This document shows, in pieces, positions 18,999-30,157 of a stretch of DNA of 64,000 nt (position 1 is its first letter; the number at the start of each line of letters is the position of its first letter). The translations under genes were made by a program, and so were the position numbers. The stretch comes from Candidatus Krumholzibacteriia bacterium (lineage in GTDB: Bacteria > Krumholzibacteriota > Krumholzibacteriia > Krumholzibacteriales > Krumholzibacteriaceae). The DNA lies in assembly GCA_963836185.1 (NCBI GenBank), contig CAWIIQ010000001.1, positions 128,001-192,000 of the forward strand. The letters are read 5' to 3'. The notes under the pieces were generated by a model. It was given only the letters and a program-made list of their open reading frames with translations, did not search any database and had not been told where the DNA came from.

Positions 18999-19218
18999 TA
19001 CGGATTCTCTCCCTGGTGATTGAATTACGCTGTCCATACCAGATATACGGGTATTAATGACAAAAGTTGCATGAAATGCCGAAGTGTATGCTGTTGAAAT
19101 AATGTAAATTGGCGTGTTGCCGTTCCAGCCCCATACATGATAGGTTGTGGATATGGAGGCTAAATGAGAATGCGGTGAATATTCATCTGTTTTCCCGGGC
19201 TGATCGAAGGAGGTCGAC

Positions 19219-19557
19219 GTGAAAAGATCATTTCTCGTTATCGTCCTGGCCGCGGCGCTGTTTCCCGTGATCGCCGGCTGCGGAGGAAGCAGCGTTGAAA
19301 CAGGTATCGTCGGAGAGTGGAAGGGCGATACCGTCAAGCAAGACTTTCATTTCTACAGTGATGGAAAGGTGGAGCTGAACGATCTTCAGAACTCCATGTA
19401 TTCCGGAACCTACAAGATAACTGACGGCAGCACCCTGACCTGCACATTCGAGAGCCCGATATTCACGGAGCCGGTTGCGATGAAAGTGGAGATCAAGGGG
19501 GATAAGCTGACCCTGACCGCTGATTCAGGAAGAAAGGAAGTATATACCCGAAAGTGA
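19219..19557 (+). CDS. Small lipoprotein, lipocalin-like IVGEW beta protein
   Basis: AAGGAGG RBS, lipobox IAGC, IVGEWKG, GTYKI, GDKLTL. Confidence 0.7.
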   Translation: MKRSFLVIVLAAALFPVIAGCGGSSVETGIVGEWKGDTVKQDFHFYSDGKVELNDLQNSMYSGTYKITDGSTLTCTFESPIFTEPVAMKVEIKGDKLTLTADSGRKEVYTRK

Positions 19558-19585
19558 TCGCGGACCATATTCATCTGAAGACGCA

Positions 19586-20611
19586 GTGCGGGTATTACTA
19601 GGTGGCGGAACAGAGAAGGCGGAGTCGCTGTACCGGGACGCGGAGCTCAGCGCGATCAAATCGCACCTCTTCAATGACACGCGCCTCCTTCAGCAGCAGG
19701 CCGGCAAGAACAAGGTGGATAAGTACGCTCCCAAGACGCTGGCCCGGTCATTGACTCTCCTGGAGCAGGCCGAAACGGCGCTCGAGCAGAACCGGTACGA
19801 CACGGATCGTCCGCGTACTCTGGCCAGGGAGGCGATGTACGAGGCGAAACACGCGATCCATATTTCCGAAATAGTCAGCAACATGGAGAAACGGAAAGTA
19901 ACTACCGAGGACCTGATCCTGAACTCGGAGGTCCCGCTCAGGAGGATTGCGTCAAGCATCGGCGTAACGGCCCTGTTCGATGAGGGATACGAGAAGACGA
20001 CAGGGCATGGTCCTTGAATATATCGAGGCCGAGCGGACAGCGGTCGAGCGGTCGAGCCAGGAGATCGCGGATAAGAATCAGCTTATCGCAGACCTGGAGG
20101 AGCATATCGCCTCGATGGAGGCCAAGCTTGGCGGGGCGAAGGAAGAGCAGACCGTCCTCAATGAACGCATCAGCGCCCAGGAAGAGGCGCGAAAGAAGTT
20201 CGGACAGGTCGAGAATATTTTCGACAAGTCCGAAGCGAGGGTGCTGCGGGAAGGCAATACCATCATAATCCGCCTGATAGGCATGAACTTCGAGGTCGGT
20301 CAGTCCACGATCCGCTCCGCGAACATTTCGGGTTGTTATCAAAGGTCCAGGAAGCGATCATGGTCTTCCCGAAATCCGATGTACGGGTAGAGGGCCATAC
20401 TGACTCTTACGGTACGGACGAAGCGAACCTCAAGCTCTCGGAGGAACGTTCGGAGGCGGTGAGGCTTTATCTCACAGCCAATATGGGAAGCGGAGCTCCG
20501 AAGATAACATCTGTGGGTTACGGCGAGACGCGTCCTATCGCGAACAATGAGACAGCTGATGGAAGGGCGAAGAACCGCAGGATCGATATTGTCATCGTTC
20601 CGCAGATGTAG
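19586..20611 (+). CDS. OmpA-family coiled-coil protein, split by two frameshifts and apparently lacking an N-terminus (possible pseudogene)
   Basis: Three consecutive frames 19586-20017, 19980-20390 and 20333-20611; VEGHTDS, NLKLSEERS, G.GE.RPIA.N, NRRIDI OmpA motifs. Confidence 0.75.
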
Positions 20612-20641
20612 GAGAATGGATCCGGGGACAGGAGGCACAGG

Positions 20642-20758
20642 ATGGGAGACAGAGGCGGTAAGAAGGACAAGAACAAGCATAAGAAACAGGACAAGAGCAA
20701 GCGGGATAGGAAGGCTCAGGACAAGAAGGACAAGCAACCGAAGAGAATCCCCAAATAA
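20642..20758 (+). CDS. 38-aa Lys/Asp-rich small protein, not in the ORF track
   Basis: AGGAGG RBS; MGDRGGKKDKNKHKKQDKSKRDRKAQDKKDKQPKRIPK*. Confidence 0.6.
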   Translation: MGDRGGKKDKNKHKKQDKSKRDRKAQDKKDKQPKRIPK

Positions 20759-20914
20759 AGGGAGGGGGATCCTGTCTGTTATCTGTTGACAAACGCCGCT
20801 GACAGATTATCTTTCGGCACGATTGGAAAACCAGCCGCTCCCATTCCTTGAAAATGGTTCGATGTCCAGGCCAGATATGGCCCGTCGGGGAGCCGGCGAT
20901 TTCCGGAGCTGTTT

Positions 20915-22768
20915 ATGAGCAGAAGTGTTGAAAATAAGAATATCAGGAATATCGCCATAATCGCACACGTCGATCACGGGAAGACCACGCTTGTCGACGC
21001 GATGTTCAGGCAGAGCGGCCTTCTCCGTGTGGGGCAGGTAGTGGACGAGCGCCTGATGGACAGCATGGACCTCGAGCGCGAGCGCGGCATCACGATCGCC
21101 GCCAAGAACTGCTCCGTAATATGGAATGACGTTAAGATCAATATCATCGACACCCCGGGGCACTCCGATTTCGGCGCTGAAGTGGAGAGGGCCCTGTCGA
21201 TGGCCGATGGCGCCATACTTCTCGTGGACGCTTCCGAGGGCCCCCTGCCGCAGACACGCTTCGTGCTCAAGAAGACACTCGAGGCCGGGCTGAAGGTCAT
21301 CGTCGTGATAAACAAGATCGACCGTAAGGACGCGCAGATCAGCCAGGTCCTCAACGATATCTACGATCTCTTCATCGACCTGGGCGCCGGAGACGACCAG
21401 ATCGATTTCCCGGTCCTCTACGCGATAGGCCGCGACGGGATCGCCAAGAGGACTCTTGAAGAAGAGACGGATAATATCCACCAGCTGCTCGATGCGATAA
21501 TCGACGAGATCCCGCCGCCGGTTTATGATCCTGCGGAGCCGTTCCAGATGCTTGTCTCAGATCTCGGGTATTCAGATTTTCTCGGTCGCCTGGCGGTCGG
21601 CAAGATCGTTAACGGCACGGTTAGCTCGAACAAGCTCCTCGTCTGCATCAATGAAGAAGGCGAGCAGGTGCCGCTGAAGGTGATGAAGCTTCAGAAGTAT
21701 GAGGGCATGACTTACAAGCCTGCCGACTCGGCTGATGCCGGTGATATCGTGGTCCTCGCCGGGATCGATAACGTCAAGATAGGCGATACGATCTGCACGA
21801 GGGAGCATCCTAAGGCTCTGAAACGAATCACTGTCGACGAACCGACGATATCGATGCGGTTTACGATCAACACCTCGCCGTTCAGCGGCCAGGAGGGACG
21901 TTTCGTGCAGTCGACCAAGATACGCGAGCGTCTCTTCAAGGAGACCCTGATGAACGTCGCGATCCAGATGGAAGAGGCCCATGGCAGCGACAGTTTCATC
22001 GTGAAGGGGCGCGGAGAGTTCCAGATGGCGATCCTGATCGAGACGATGAGAAGAGAGGGCTTCGAGTTCTGCGTGGGCCGCCCGCACGTCATATACAAAT
22101 ACAAGGATGGGAAAAAGCTCGAGCCGATCGAACGTCTCTTCATCGACTGCGAGGAGGAGTTCCTCGGTGTCGTTACCGAGAAACTCGCGCAGCGCAAGGC
22201 GAGGATGGCCGACATCATCCACGACGACAGCGGCCGGGCAAGGGTAGAGTTCTCGGCTCCATCGAGGGCGTTGATCGGGTACCGCGACGAGTTCCTCACC
22301 GACACGAAGGGGACCGGAGTGATGAACTCGTACTTCGCGGGGTACGAGGAATACAGGGGCGATTTCGTGACCCGCCAGACAGGTTCGATCGTCGCCGACA
22401 GGTCCGGCAAAGCAGTCGCTTACGCTCTCTTCAATCTCGAGGCGCGAGGACGGCTCTTCGTGAAGCCGGGCGATCCGGGATACGAAGGGATGATCGTCGG
22501 TGAGCACAACAGGGAAAACGACATCAATGTCAACCACTCGAAAGAGAAGAAGCTGTCGAACATGAGAGCTGCCGGCAAGGACGCCGCGGTGGTCCTCACC
22601 CCGGTCAAGCCGATAACAATAGAGAGGGCTATCAACTTCATTCGCGACGACGAGATGGTCGAGATAACGCCGAAATCAATCCGGCTGAAGAAGATAATTC
22701 TTTCCGCAATGACCAGAAGGACCCTCAAGCCGGATACATTGGCCGGCAACGGCCAGCGCCCGATGTAA
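20915..22768 (+). CDS. typA: Translational GTPase TypA/BipA
   Basis: IRNIAIIAHVDHGKTTLVD, ERERGITI, DTPGH, NKID, GRGE, YEGMIVGEH. Confidence 0.97.
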   Translation: MSRSVENKNIRNIAIIAHVDHGKTTLVDAMFRQSGLLRVGQVVDERLMDSMDLERERGITIAAKNCSVIWNDVKINIIDTPGHSDFGAEVERALSMADGAILLVDASEGPLPQTRFVLKKTLEAGLKVIVVINKIDRKDAQISQVLNDIYDLFIDLGAGDDQIDFPVLYAIGRDGIAKRTLEEETDNIHQLLDAIIDEIPPPVYDPAEPFQMLVSDLGYSDFLGRLAVGKIVNGTVSSNKLLVCINEEGEQVPLKVMKLQKYEGMTYKPADSADAGDIVVLAGIDNVKIGDTICTREHPKALKRITVDEPTISMRFTINTSPFSGQEGRFVQSTKIRERLFKETLMNVAIQMEEAHGSDSFIVKGRGEFQMAILIETMRREGFEFCVGRPHVIYKYKDGKKLEPIERLFIDCEEEFLGVVTEKLAQRKARMADIIHDDSGRARVEFSAPSRALIGYRDEFLTDTKGTGVMNSYFAGYEEYRGDFVTRQTGSIVADRSGKAVAYALFNLEARGRLFVKPGDPGYEGMIVGEHNRENDINVNHSKEKKLSNMRAAGKDAAVVLTPVKPITIERAINFIRDDEMVEITPKSIRLKKIILSAMTRRTLKPDTLAGNGQRPM

Positions 22769-22802
22769 CCCTCGTTTTAACTCTAACGCTCACTTCAGAA
22801 GG

Positions 22803-22892
22803 CTACTTGGCTTTCTTCTCTTTTCTTTTTTCCTTCAGGCTCTTGGTGGGCTTTTTCTTGGTCTCTTTCTTGGTGCTCTTTTCTTTTCCCAT
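22803..22892 (-). CDS. 29-aa Lys-rich small protein, not in the ORF track
   Basis: GGAGG RBS 7 nt before ATG; MGKEKSTKKETKKKPTKSLKEKRKEKKAK*. Confidence 0.6.
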   Translation of the reverse strand: MGKEKSTKKETKKKPTKSLKEKRKEKKAK

Positions 22893-22915
22893 TATCTGAC
22901 CTCCAGGTCTGCTGC

Positions 22916-24625
22916 TTACTTGTTCTTTATCTTCGCCCAGGTGTCCCGCAGCGGGACGGTCCTGTTGAAGACCAGGGCACCTGCCGTTGAATCTGTATCT
23001 TCGCAGAAATAGCCGTGCCGGAGAAACTGAAAATGTCTGCCGGGGCTCGATTCCTTCAGTGAGGGTTCGACCTTGCAGCTGGTAAGTTCTTCCAGGGCAT
23101 CGGGATTGACGTAATCCATGAAGGTCTCGCCCTCCTCGACATCATCGGGATTTTCCTTCGTGAAGAGCCGACCGTACAGCTTGACTGTCGCGTCAGCGGC
23201 GTGCCTGGCCGATACCCAGTGCAGTGTCCCCTTGACCTTCCTGCCGTCGGGGGCGTCGCCCCCCTTTGTCTCCGGGTCGTATGTGCAGCGCAGCTCTGTG
23301 ACTTCGCCCTTGTCGTCCTTGACTGCTTCGTTGCAAGTGATGAAGTAGGCATGTTTCAGCCTTACTTCACGGCCGGGAGCGAGGCGGAAGAACTTGCGCG
23401 GCGGATCCTCCATGAAATCCTCGCGTTCTATATACAGTTCGCGCGAGAAAGGGAGTGTCCTCGTGCCCATCGACTCGTCCTCGGGATTGTTGATCGCCTC
23501 GAGTTCCTCTTCCTTGTCCTCGGGGTAGTTCTCGATAACGACCTTCAGCGGGTTAAGCACTCCCATGAACCTAGGGGCTCTCTTGTTGAGGTCCTCGCGG
23601 AGGCAGTGGTCGAGAAGGTCTATCGAGACCCTGTTGTCCTTTTTGGCGACCCCGATCGTCGCGGCGAAGTTCCTTATCGACTCGGGTGTGTAGCCGCGCC
23701 GCCGCAGCCCCGAGATCGTCGGCATCAGGGGATCGTTCCAGCCTGAGACCTTGCCTTCCTCGACGAGCATGAGGAGCTTGCGCTTGCTCATGATCGTATA
23801 TGTGAGGTTGAGCCTGGCGAACTCTATCTGGCGTGAGGGGAATATCCCGAGCTCCCGAAGGTACCAGTCGTAGAGGGGGCGATGCGCCTCGAACTCGAGG
23901 GTGCAGATCGAGTATGTGATTCTCTCGATCGAGTCGCTGCAGCCGTGTGCCCAGTCGTACATCGGGTAGATGCACCAGTCGTCGCCGGTGCGGTGATGCG
24001 TGGCGCGCAGGATACGGTACATGACCGGGTCGCGCATGTTGATGTTCCCGGCGGTCATGTCGATCTTCGCGCGAAGTGTCCTCGACCCGTCCTCGAACTC
24101 GCCGGCACGCATCCGCTTGAAGAGGTCGAGGTTCTCCTCGACGCTTCTGTTTCTGAAGGGGCTTTCGCTGCCAGGCTCGGTCAACGTCCCGCGGGTCTTC
24201 CTGACCTCTTCGGCGGTCAGGTCGCAGACGAAAGCCTTGCCGTCATTTATCAGCTTAAGGGCGAACTCGTAGAGCTGCTCGAAGTAGTCCGATGCGTAGT
24301 ATTCGCGGTCGTCCCAGGAGAATCCGAGCCAGTGCACGTCTTCCCTGATCGAGTCGACGTACTCGACATCCTCTCTGCTCGGGTTCGTATCGTCGAACCT
24401 CAGGTTGCAGAGGCCTGCATACTGCTTCGCGATCCCGAAATTGAGGCAGATCGATTTCGCGTGCCCTATATGGAGGTAGCCGTTCGGCTCGGGCGGGAAC
24501 CTCGTATGGACCCTTCCATCATGCTTCCCGGTCTTTATGTCGTCCTCGATTATCGCCCTGATGAAGTCGACGGAGCGTGATTCCTCTCCATCGGTTTCAG
24601 GCGGATTCTTTTTATTTTCATCCAT
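22916..24625 (-). CDS. glnS: Glutamine--tRNA ligase
   Basis: [43 protein letters not shown]; start set at MDENKK. Confidence 0.97.
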   Translation of the reverse strand: MDENKKNPPETDGEESRSVDFIRAIIEDDIKTGKHDGRVHTRFPPEPNGYLHIGHAKSICLNFGIAKQYAGLCNLRFDDTNPSREDVEYVDSIREDVHWLGFSWDDREYYASDYFEQLYEFALKLINDGKAFVCDLTAEEVRKTRGTLTEPGSESPFRNRSVEENLDLFKRMRAGEFEDGSRTLRAKIDMTAGNINMRDPVMYRILRATHHRTGDDWCIYPMYDWAHGCSDSIERITYSICTLEFEAHRPLYDWYLRELGIFPSRQIEFARLNLTYTIMSKRKLLMLVEEGKVSGWNDPLMPTISGLRRRGYTPESIRNFAATIGVAKKDNRVSIDLLDHCLREDLNKRAPRFMGVLNPLKVVIENYPEDKEEELEAINNPEDESMGTRTLPFSRELYIEREDFMEDPPRKFFRLAPGREVRLKHAYFITCNEAVKDDKGEVTELRCTYDPETKGGDAPDGRKVKGTLHWVSARHAADATVKLYGRLFTKENPDDVEEGETFMDYVNPDALEELTSCKVEPSLKESSPGRHFQFLRHGYFCEDTDSTAGALVFNRTVPLRDTWAKIKNK

Positions 24626-24740
24626 TTGAGGGTCTCCTGGTGGAAAAATAAGGGGGCCGCGGCCGGTGTGAACCGGCAGGCCCCGGCACTGCGGAATATT
24701 ACTCGAAAACAACCCTGAAATCCAACAGTTTCGATGCCGG

Positions 24741-25739
24741 TCAGCGGTTCTTCACAAGAGCGACGACCTGGTGGACCGCACTGATGGCGACAGGGATTAT
24801 AGATGCCAGGAGAGCGGTCTTTATCATTCCGGCGACCACGGGGTACACGGTCGTCTTGAAGAGGGCCGGATACTCGGGCGGAACGACCGGGCTCCCGTGC
24901 CACCCGGGAAGTACCCCTGTCAGGCCTGCGGTCATGGCGAGCCGGTAGAGAAGGATGCCCAGGAAGACAGTCAGCGCCAGCCGGAATATCCTCGCCGCCA
25001 TGTGCCACGTATTGGTTCGAAGTACGATGAGGTTCAGCGCCAGTGCCAGGATCAGGTAGAAGTCGAGCCAGAGTATCATCCGCAGGAATCCGTCCCCCAC
25101 GATAGGAACGAATATCCACTGACCCTCGTAATTGTTGATCACTCCCATCCACTCTCTGGCGAAGTTGAAGAGTAGCAGCAGTCCGGCGATTACGAAGCAG
25201 CGGACGATGAGCCCGGCCCTGTTGACTTTTATCGCCCCGGCAATGGGGGGCAGGCTTTCAGGGTCCCATTCACCTTCGGCCGTGCGCGGTGAGCCGAAAC
25301 GTTCTATCAGGGCGAAAACGGCCGTGACGAGCCCGAATATGAACAGCGCCCTGAAGGGGAAACGTCCCGTTGCGTCCAGGATAGCCTTCAGAAAAAGATC
25401 AGGGCCTACATTGCCCGATATCAGGTATGTCAGGATAAAAGCGAGCATTATCGCGTAGGCGCCTATGATACTGATCTTCAGTGTCCTTATATACGGCCTG
25501 TAGAGCCGGGGGCCTATCAGGCAGAGGGAGGGGGAGAGGTACGACTGCGCGATCTTTTTCGGTGGCCCGAACTCCTTCAGGACCACCGCGGCCGCCTCAT
25601 CGGGCGATCCGCCCGTCTCGCTGACCCTCGCGTCGATCGCGTCATCGATGGAGGAACCTATCTCCCTCGCTACATCGTCCCTGATATCGCGGGGCAGGTG
25701 CCGCCTTACCTCGAGTACATACCTGTCGACCAGTTCCAT
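24741..25739 (-). CDS. PadR-associated membrane protein (HAAS-like N-terminus)
   Basis: LVDRYV.EV.RHLP...R.DV..E, EFGPP..IA.SY, then several TM helices. Confidence 0.7.
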   Translation of the reverse strand: MELVDRYVLEVRRHLPRDIRDDVAREIGSSIDDAIDARVSETGGSPDEAAAVVLKEFGPPKKIAQSYLSPSLCLIGPRLYRPYIRTLKISIIGAYAIMLAFILTYLISGNVGPDLFLKAILDATGRFPFRALFIFGLVTAVFALIERFGSPRTAEGEWDPESLPPIAGAIKVNRAGLIVRCFVIAGLLLLFNFAREWMGVINNYEGQWIFVPIVGDGFLRMILWLDFYLILALALNLIVLRTNTWHMAARIFRLALTVFLGILLYRLAMTAGLTGVLPGWHGSPVVPPEYPALFKTTVYPVVAGMIKTALLASIIPVAISAVHQVVALVKNR

Positions 25740-25752
25740 ATCATTCTCCTTT

Positions 25753-26091
25753 TCAGCCCGACAGCAGGCGTTTCATCACATCGCCGAGCTCTTTCCATTC
25801 AGTCGTCGCCTCGGCAAGGGCCTTCCTGCCCTTCGGCGATATGCTGTAGTAACGTCTCGGCCTGCTACCTTCGACCTTCCAGCTGCTTTTAAGCAGCCCC
25901 TGTGACTCGAGACGGCGAAGGAGGGGATAGAGCGTACCCTCGTTGATATCGAGACCCTTTGCGGCAAGCTTCTCCCTCAGAGAATACCCGTAGTGTTCTT
26001 CCGTGAGCTGGCTGAGGATAGCGATCACGAGCGCCCCTCTTCTGAGCTCGTGAGTGATGCTTCCCGCGGTTATGCCGTCTTTCTTCTTCAT
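25753..26091 (-). CDS. PadR-family transcriptional regulator
   Basis: ELRRG, HYGY, EGTLYPLLRRLE..GL, RPRRYYSIS..G. Confidence 0.92.
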   Translation of the reverse strand: MKKKDGITAGSITHELRRGALVIAILSQLTEEHYGYSLREKLAAKGLDINEGTLYPLLRRLESQGLLKSSWKVEGSRPRRYYSISPKGRKALAEATTEWKELGDVMKRLLSG

Positions 26092-26132
26092 ATTGTGTGA
26101 TACATAATACTGTGTATTGCACAGTAAGTCAA
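26091..26132 (-). promoter_or_regulatory. padR promoter with two overlapping 7-5-7 inverted repeats
   Basis: TTGACT-17-TATTAT on the minus strand; TACTGTG-N5-CACAGTA (26108-26126) and TATTGTG-N5-CATAATA (26091-26109). Confidence 0.7.
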
Positions 26133-26163
26133 GAAAAATTTTCCGGGGGTTCCGGACCGGACA

Positions 26164-27991
26164 TTATTCGTACTTCAGGACCCTGGGAGCTCCCGGGGAG
26201 AGGAAGGGGATATTTATGTTTCTTACCGCCTCAAATCTGAACAGCTGGGTATCCGCGCCCTCCGGCACCACGGGGTGGAACATGAAGCGCGCCTCGAAGG
26301 CATCGAAGATCAGCCTCTCGTTATGGACCCTCAGTCCGCCGCCGAGGCTGTAGTAGAACTTCGTGTCGAGGAACGAGTTCCATTCCGGCCCGCACTGCCC
26401 CGCCTGGGCGTATCCGAAGGAGGCGAACCTGAAGCCGTACCAGTCCCAGTCTGCGAAGAGGACCCCTTCCCATCTGATGACGAGGCGCTCATGCCCCTCG
26501 ACTCCCGTTCTGGACAGGCCCCTCAACTCCCCCCGCGGATACTCGAGGGCGATGTCGTCGTTCTCGAGCCTGTTATAACCGTGTATATAGTCTATGGTCA
26601 GGAAATGTCTCCCCATCGCGCGCCATGCGGGAAGCAGGCTGGTAAAGCCTCCCACAGTCAGAGACAAGGTTCCGTCCTCGGTGCTCCCGTTCCGTGTATA
26701 GCTCCCGACCGCTCCCCTCGCTGCGATGTATCCTGAACTCCCGATGAATCTCGCGTACGCGAGATCGAAGGCGAGGTAGGGCCTCGTATAGAACTCGGAC
26801 ACGTTCGGCCCGCTCGTGACCGAAGCGAGGAGACCGTACGGGACATCTTCCGTGCGGCCGAAGCTGAAGACCATCCTCATCTTACGGAAGGAGCGTTCGG
26901 TGAGCGAAAGGTTCGCAAGATACAGTATCCTGTCCTGATAGCCCCGGTTATGATCAGGGCCCGACGGGGGGGCGGACATGATAGTCGGTCCTCTGGACTC
27001 TCAGCGCCGGAATTATCCTCATCCTGCCGCCCTCTTCGGTATAACCGGTTCCGATGCGAAATGACCGGCCGAGCCAGAAATCCTCGCGGTCCCACTTCTT
27101 TATCTTCCCGGGATTCTCGTCGTAGTCGTCCATTCCCTCGATGGAGACGGCGCCGGTCCACTTGATCTCGGGAGAGACAAATCCCCTTCTCAGGGCCCAC
27201 TCGTTGTATTTGTAGGCGACCGCGTCGACCCACCTCACCGATCCGTCGATGAAGGTGCCATAGATGTTAGGCGCCCCGTAGTAGATGGTATGGTCGATTT
27301 TCCTTTCCCTGCTGAGCTCGATGGTGCCTTCCCACTGGATAGTCTGGCCGTATCCGCCCAGGTTTCTCTCGTAGAGCTTTACCCTGTGGCGGTCCTCCGT
27401 TATCCAGGTGTATCCAGCGCCGATCGACCAGACGTCCCTCGTCAGAACCTGCACATCGACAGAATCAGCGCTGCCCTCGACGGGTACGACCCTGACCATC
27501 GCCTCCTGGATGAACGCTGTTTCCCTGAGCAGGCGCTCAGTGTCGGACAGGGCATAGGGATCCACGGGATCGCCTTCTTCAAAGAGGAGGAATCCGGCGA
27601 TCTTGCCTATCCTCGTATCTACGTGGATCCACTCAAGCGCGCGGACAAAGCCGGGGGACTCAGAATTGTCCGTTCCGACCTCGGTATCGCTGAAGATGTC
27701 ATACCTGTATATCTCGACATGCCGGATGAATCTGCCTACATACGGGACGAAGGGATCCTCGCTTTTGACGGCGTTCCGTCCGACACGGGCCGTATCTATC
27801 TTCGTTACAAAGACGTAATCGGCAAGATACCTGCCGAGGGAGTTTCTTTCCACCTGGGTCTGGAGCGAATCCAGATCCTCCTGGCTCTTCGACTTGATAG
27901 TGTCGGGTATTTCCCTTGTGAACTGGCCGGCGGCGGTCCCGGCGCACAGCGTCAGGAGGAGGATCACGTATATGCCGATTTTGGGTTTCAT
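26164..27991 (-). CDS. BamA/TamA-like outer-membrane protein (POTRA plus barrel), one frameshift near 26965
   Basis: Signal peptide; LLFEEGD..D...L.DTERLLR, VLTRDVWS, ERNLGGYG; continues in the 26164-26979 frame after a G-run. Confidence 0.75.
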
Positions 27992-28098
27992 TACAGGCCC
28001 GATTGTAACCGCAGGGGATCGGTTAAAAAAGTGCTTTTAAGCAGCGAAAGGGCTACAATAACATGCAGGATACAGTAAACAATGGAACGGAGAAGACC

Positions 28099-28593
28099 AT
28101 GAAAAATCAGATCAAATACTGGACAACGATGAAAACGCCCGTAGGGGAGCTGTTTATCGCCGGCCGTGACGGAAAGATAACAGAGGTCCTTTTCAGCAGG
28201 CCGCAAAAGGGTTTTCCGGGCCCGATGTGGGAGAGGTCCGACGAGCCGTTCGCCGATGTCAGGAAGCAGCTCGGTGAATACTTCAGCGGAAAGCGCAGGA
28301 AGTTCGAGCTCAAGCTCGCGCCGGAGGGCACTCCTTTCCAGCTCGCCGCGTGGCGGCAGCTGCGAAGGATACCGTACGGGAAGACGATCACGTACGGTGA
28401 GCAGGCCAGGAGGATGGGGAATCCGAAGGCCTCCAGGGCGGTCGGCGGAGCGAACGGAGAGAATCCGATATCGATAATCGTGCCGTGCCACAGGGTCATC
28501 GGGGCCGACGGCAGGCTGACCGGCTTCGGCGGAGGGCTTGGGAAAAAGAAGAGACTGCTCGACCTCGAAGGAGCCGTGGGCTTCAGGCGTTAA
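28099..28593 (+). CDS. ogt: Methylated-DNA--protein-cysteine S-methyltransferase
   Basis: GTPFQ, IPYGKTITYGE, RAVG.ANG.NP, PCHRV. Confidence 0.95.
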   Translation: MKNQIKYWTTMKTPVGELFIAGRDGKITEVLFSRPQKGFPGPMWERSDEPFADVRKQLGEYFSGKRRKFELKLAPEGTPFQLAAWRQLRRIPYGKTITYGEQARRMGNPKASRAVGGANGENPISIIVPCHRVIGADGRLTGFGGGLGKKKRLLDLEGAVGFRR

Positions 28594-28872
28594 AGTGGGT
28601 CGAGGGAAGCGAGAGTAGCTCCCCAGCCGCCTGCGTCCTCGCCGGCCAGCCTGTACGATATCACGGATGGGAGGGATTTCAGAAGGGCGTGGATGGTCTC
28701 CCGCATGGCTCCAGTGCCCTTTCCATGGATTATCCGCACCTCCAGGATACCCGCGCGCGCGGCATTCCTCCAGGTAATGCGTAACGAGCTCCCTGGCCTC
28801 TGACGGCTCGAAGGTGTGAAGGTCGAGGGTTCCGTCGATGGGCAGTTCTACCGGTCCGGATCCGTTTTCCAT
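28590..28872 (-). CDS. Smr-domain protein, frameshifted near 28750
   Basis: LDLHTF followed, in a shifted frame, by VRIIHGKGTG...GGWGAT. Confidence 0.8.
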
Positions 28873-29104
28873 GCCTCTATATTCCTATAAATGAACCACT
28901 GATTCAATCACAGTGTTTGATTTTTTGGCGCTTCGGTGGTACTTTACAGGGAGCCTGCCCTCCTCGCAGCAAGAATGGCGGGGATGGGCGCCAGGCGGTC
29001 ACCAGGGAAAATCCCATTTCAGGCTGTTGTGCTCCAGATCGAGCTGCCGGCTTGATGCCGGAAGGGACCGCCGCATTTATTCTATCGGAGGGAGGAACCA
29101 TCCG

Positions 29105-30133
29105 ATGTTGAGAACGAAGATCGCGTTTATCCTGCTTGTTGTCATGGTGGCTGCCATAAACGGATGCGGGGAAGACGGGAAGAAAGAAAGTGGAGAAAAC
29201 ATGGACACCCCTATGACGGACAGCGCAGGTTTCGTGGCCAAGGTAAACGGTGAAGTCATCGGAGACAAAGCGCTCGCCCAGGAACTTGCCATGCTGAAGC
29301 AGCAGATGGCCGGCAGGGTCAGCCAGCAGCAGCTTGACTCGATGGAGCCGATGCTGAAGCAGCAGGCTGTCGCCAACCTCGTAAACAGGAGCCTGCTTAC
29401 CCAGGCTGCCAAGGTTGAAAATATTACTGTGACTGAAGAACAGATCACTGGAAAATATGATGAGATCAAAGCCAACTTCCCCGACGAAGAGACTTTTATC
29501 GCGCAGCTTGAAAGAAGCAATATGTCTCCCGATGAGTTCCGCGTGGAAGTCGAGCGCGGGATGAAGCTTGAGGAACTGGTCGATATGAAGACCACGGGTA
29601 TCGCGGCGCCGACCGAGGAAGAGGCGAAGGAATTCTACGACTCGAATGCCGAAAGATTCACTACGTCCGAGAAGGTCCGTGCCTCACATATCCTGATCAC
29701 GGTGGCTCAGACTGACACGGAGATCACGCGTGAGCAGAAGAAGGCGAAGATCGATGATATTCATGCCCAACTCGTGGCGGGCGGCGACATGGCCACGCTG
29801 GCCATGGAGAACTCGGATTGTCCGAGCAAGGACAAGGGCGGGGACCTCGGCTTTTTCGGCAGGGGCCAGATGGTAAAGCCGTTTGAGGATGCCGCGTTCG
29901 CTCTTGATACGGGAGAGATAAGCCCCGTCGTGGAGACGAGTTTCGGTTATCACGTCATCACGGTCACAGAGAAGGAAGAAGCGGGCACTACTCCCTTCGA
30001 GGATGTAAAGGAAAGCATCATCGATTATCTCGCCGACATGAAGAAGCAGGACGAGATGAACACTTACATGACCTCGCTGAGGGATGCCGCCGTGATCGAG
30101 TACGCCGATTCGGCTTTCGCTCCGGCCATGTAA
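29105..30133 (+). CDS. Parvulin-type peptidyl-prolyl isomerase lipoprotein (SurA/PrsA-like)
   Basis: Lipobox INGC; VAKVNG, VRASHILI, GGDLGFF, VET.FGYHVI. Confidence 0.92.
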   Translation: MLRTKIAFILLVVMVAAINGCGEDGKKESGENMDTPMTDSAGFVAKVNGEVIGDKALAQELAMLKQQMAGRVSQQQLDSMEPMLKQQAVANLVNRSLLTQAAKVENITVTEEQITGKYDEIKANFPDEETFIAQLERSNMSPDEFRVEVERGMKLEELVDMKTTGIAAPTEEEAKEFYDSNAERFTTSEKVRASHILITVAQTDTEITREQKKAKIDDIHAQLVAGGDMATLAMENSDCPSKDKGGDLGFFGRGQMVKPFEDAAFALDTGEISPVVETSFGYHVITVTEKEEAGTTPFEDVKESIIDYLADMKKQDEMNTYMTSLRDAAVIEYADSAFAPAM

Positions 30134-30157
30134 GCAGGCCCGCACGGCGGGATCGCG

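Noticed and set aside
20650-20750. GACAAG-type short repeats as a CRISPR or tandem DNA repeat
   Set aside because: Irregular, with no repeat-spacer periodicity; explained by Asp-Lys codons of a small ORF.
21572-22537. Long antisense and alternative-frame ORFs over typA, glgP, gdhA, the RND genes and tricorn
   Set aside because: Shadow ORFs expected from high-GC codon bias; no motifs or RBS.
27991-28872. 293-aa ORF antisense to ogt
   Set aside because: Only the first 41 or so residues are real (Smr domain); the rest is read-through after a frameshift.
28913-29104. GC-rich leader before the PPIase gene as a possible ncRNA (tRNA-Sec, SRP, riboswitch)
   Set aside because: No recognisable conserved motif or cloverleaf could be identified by eye.
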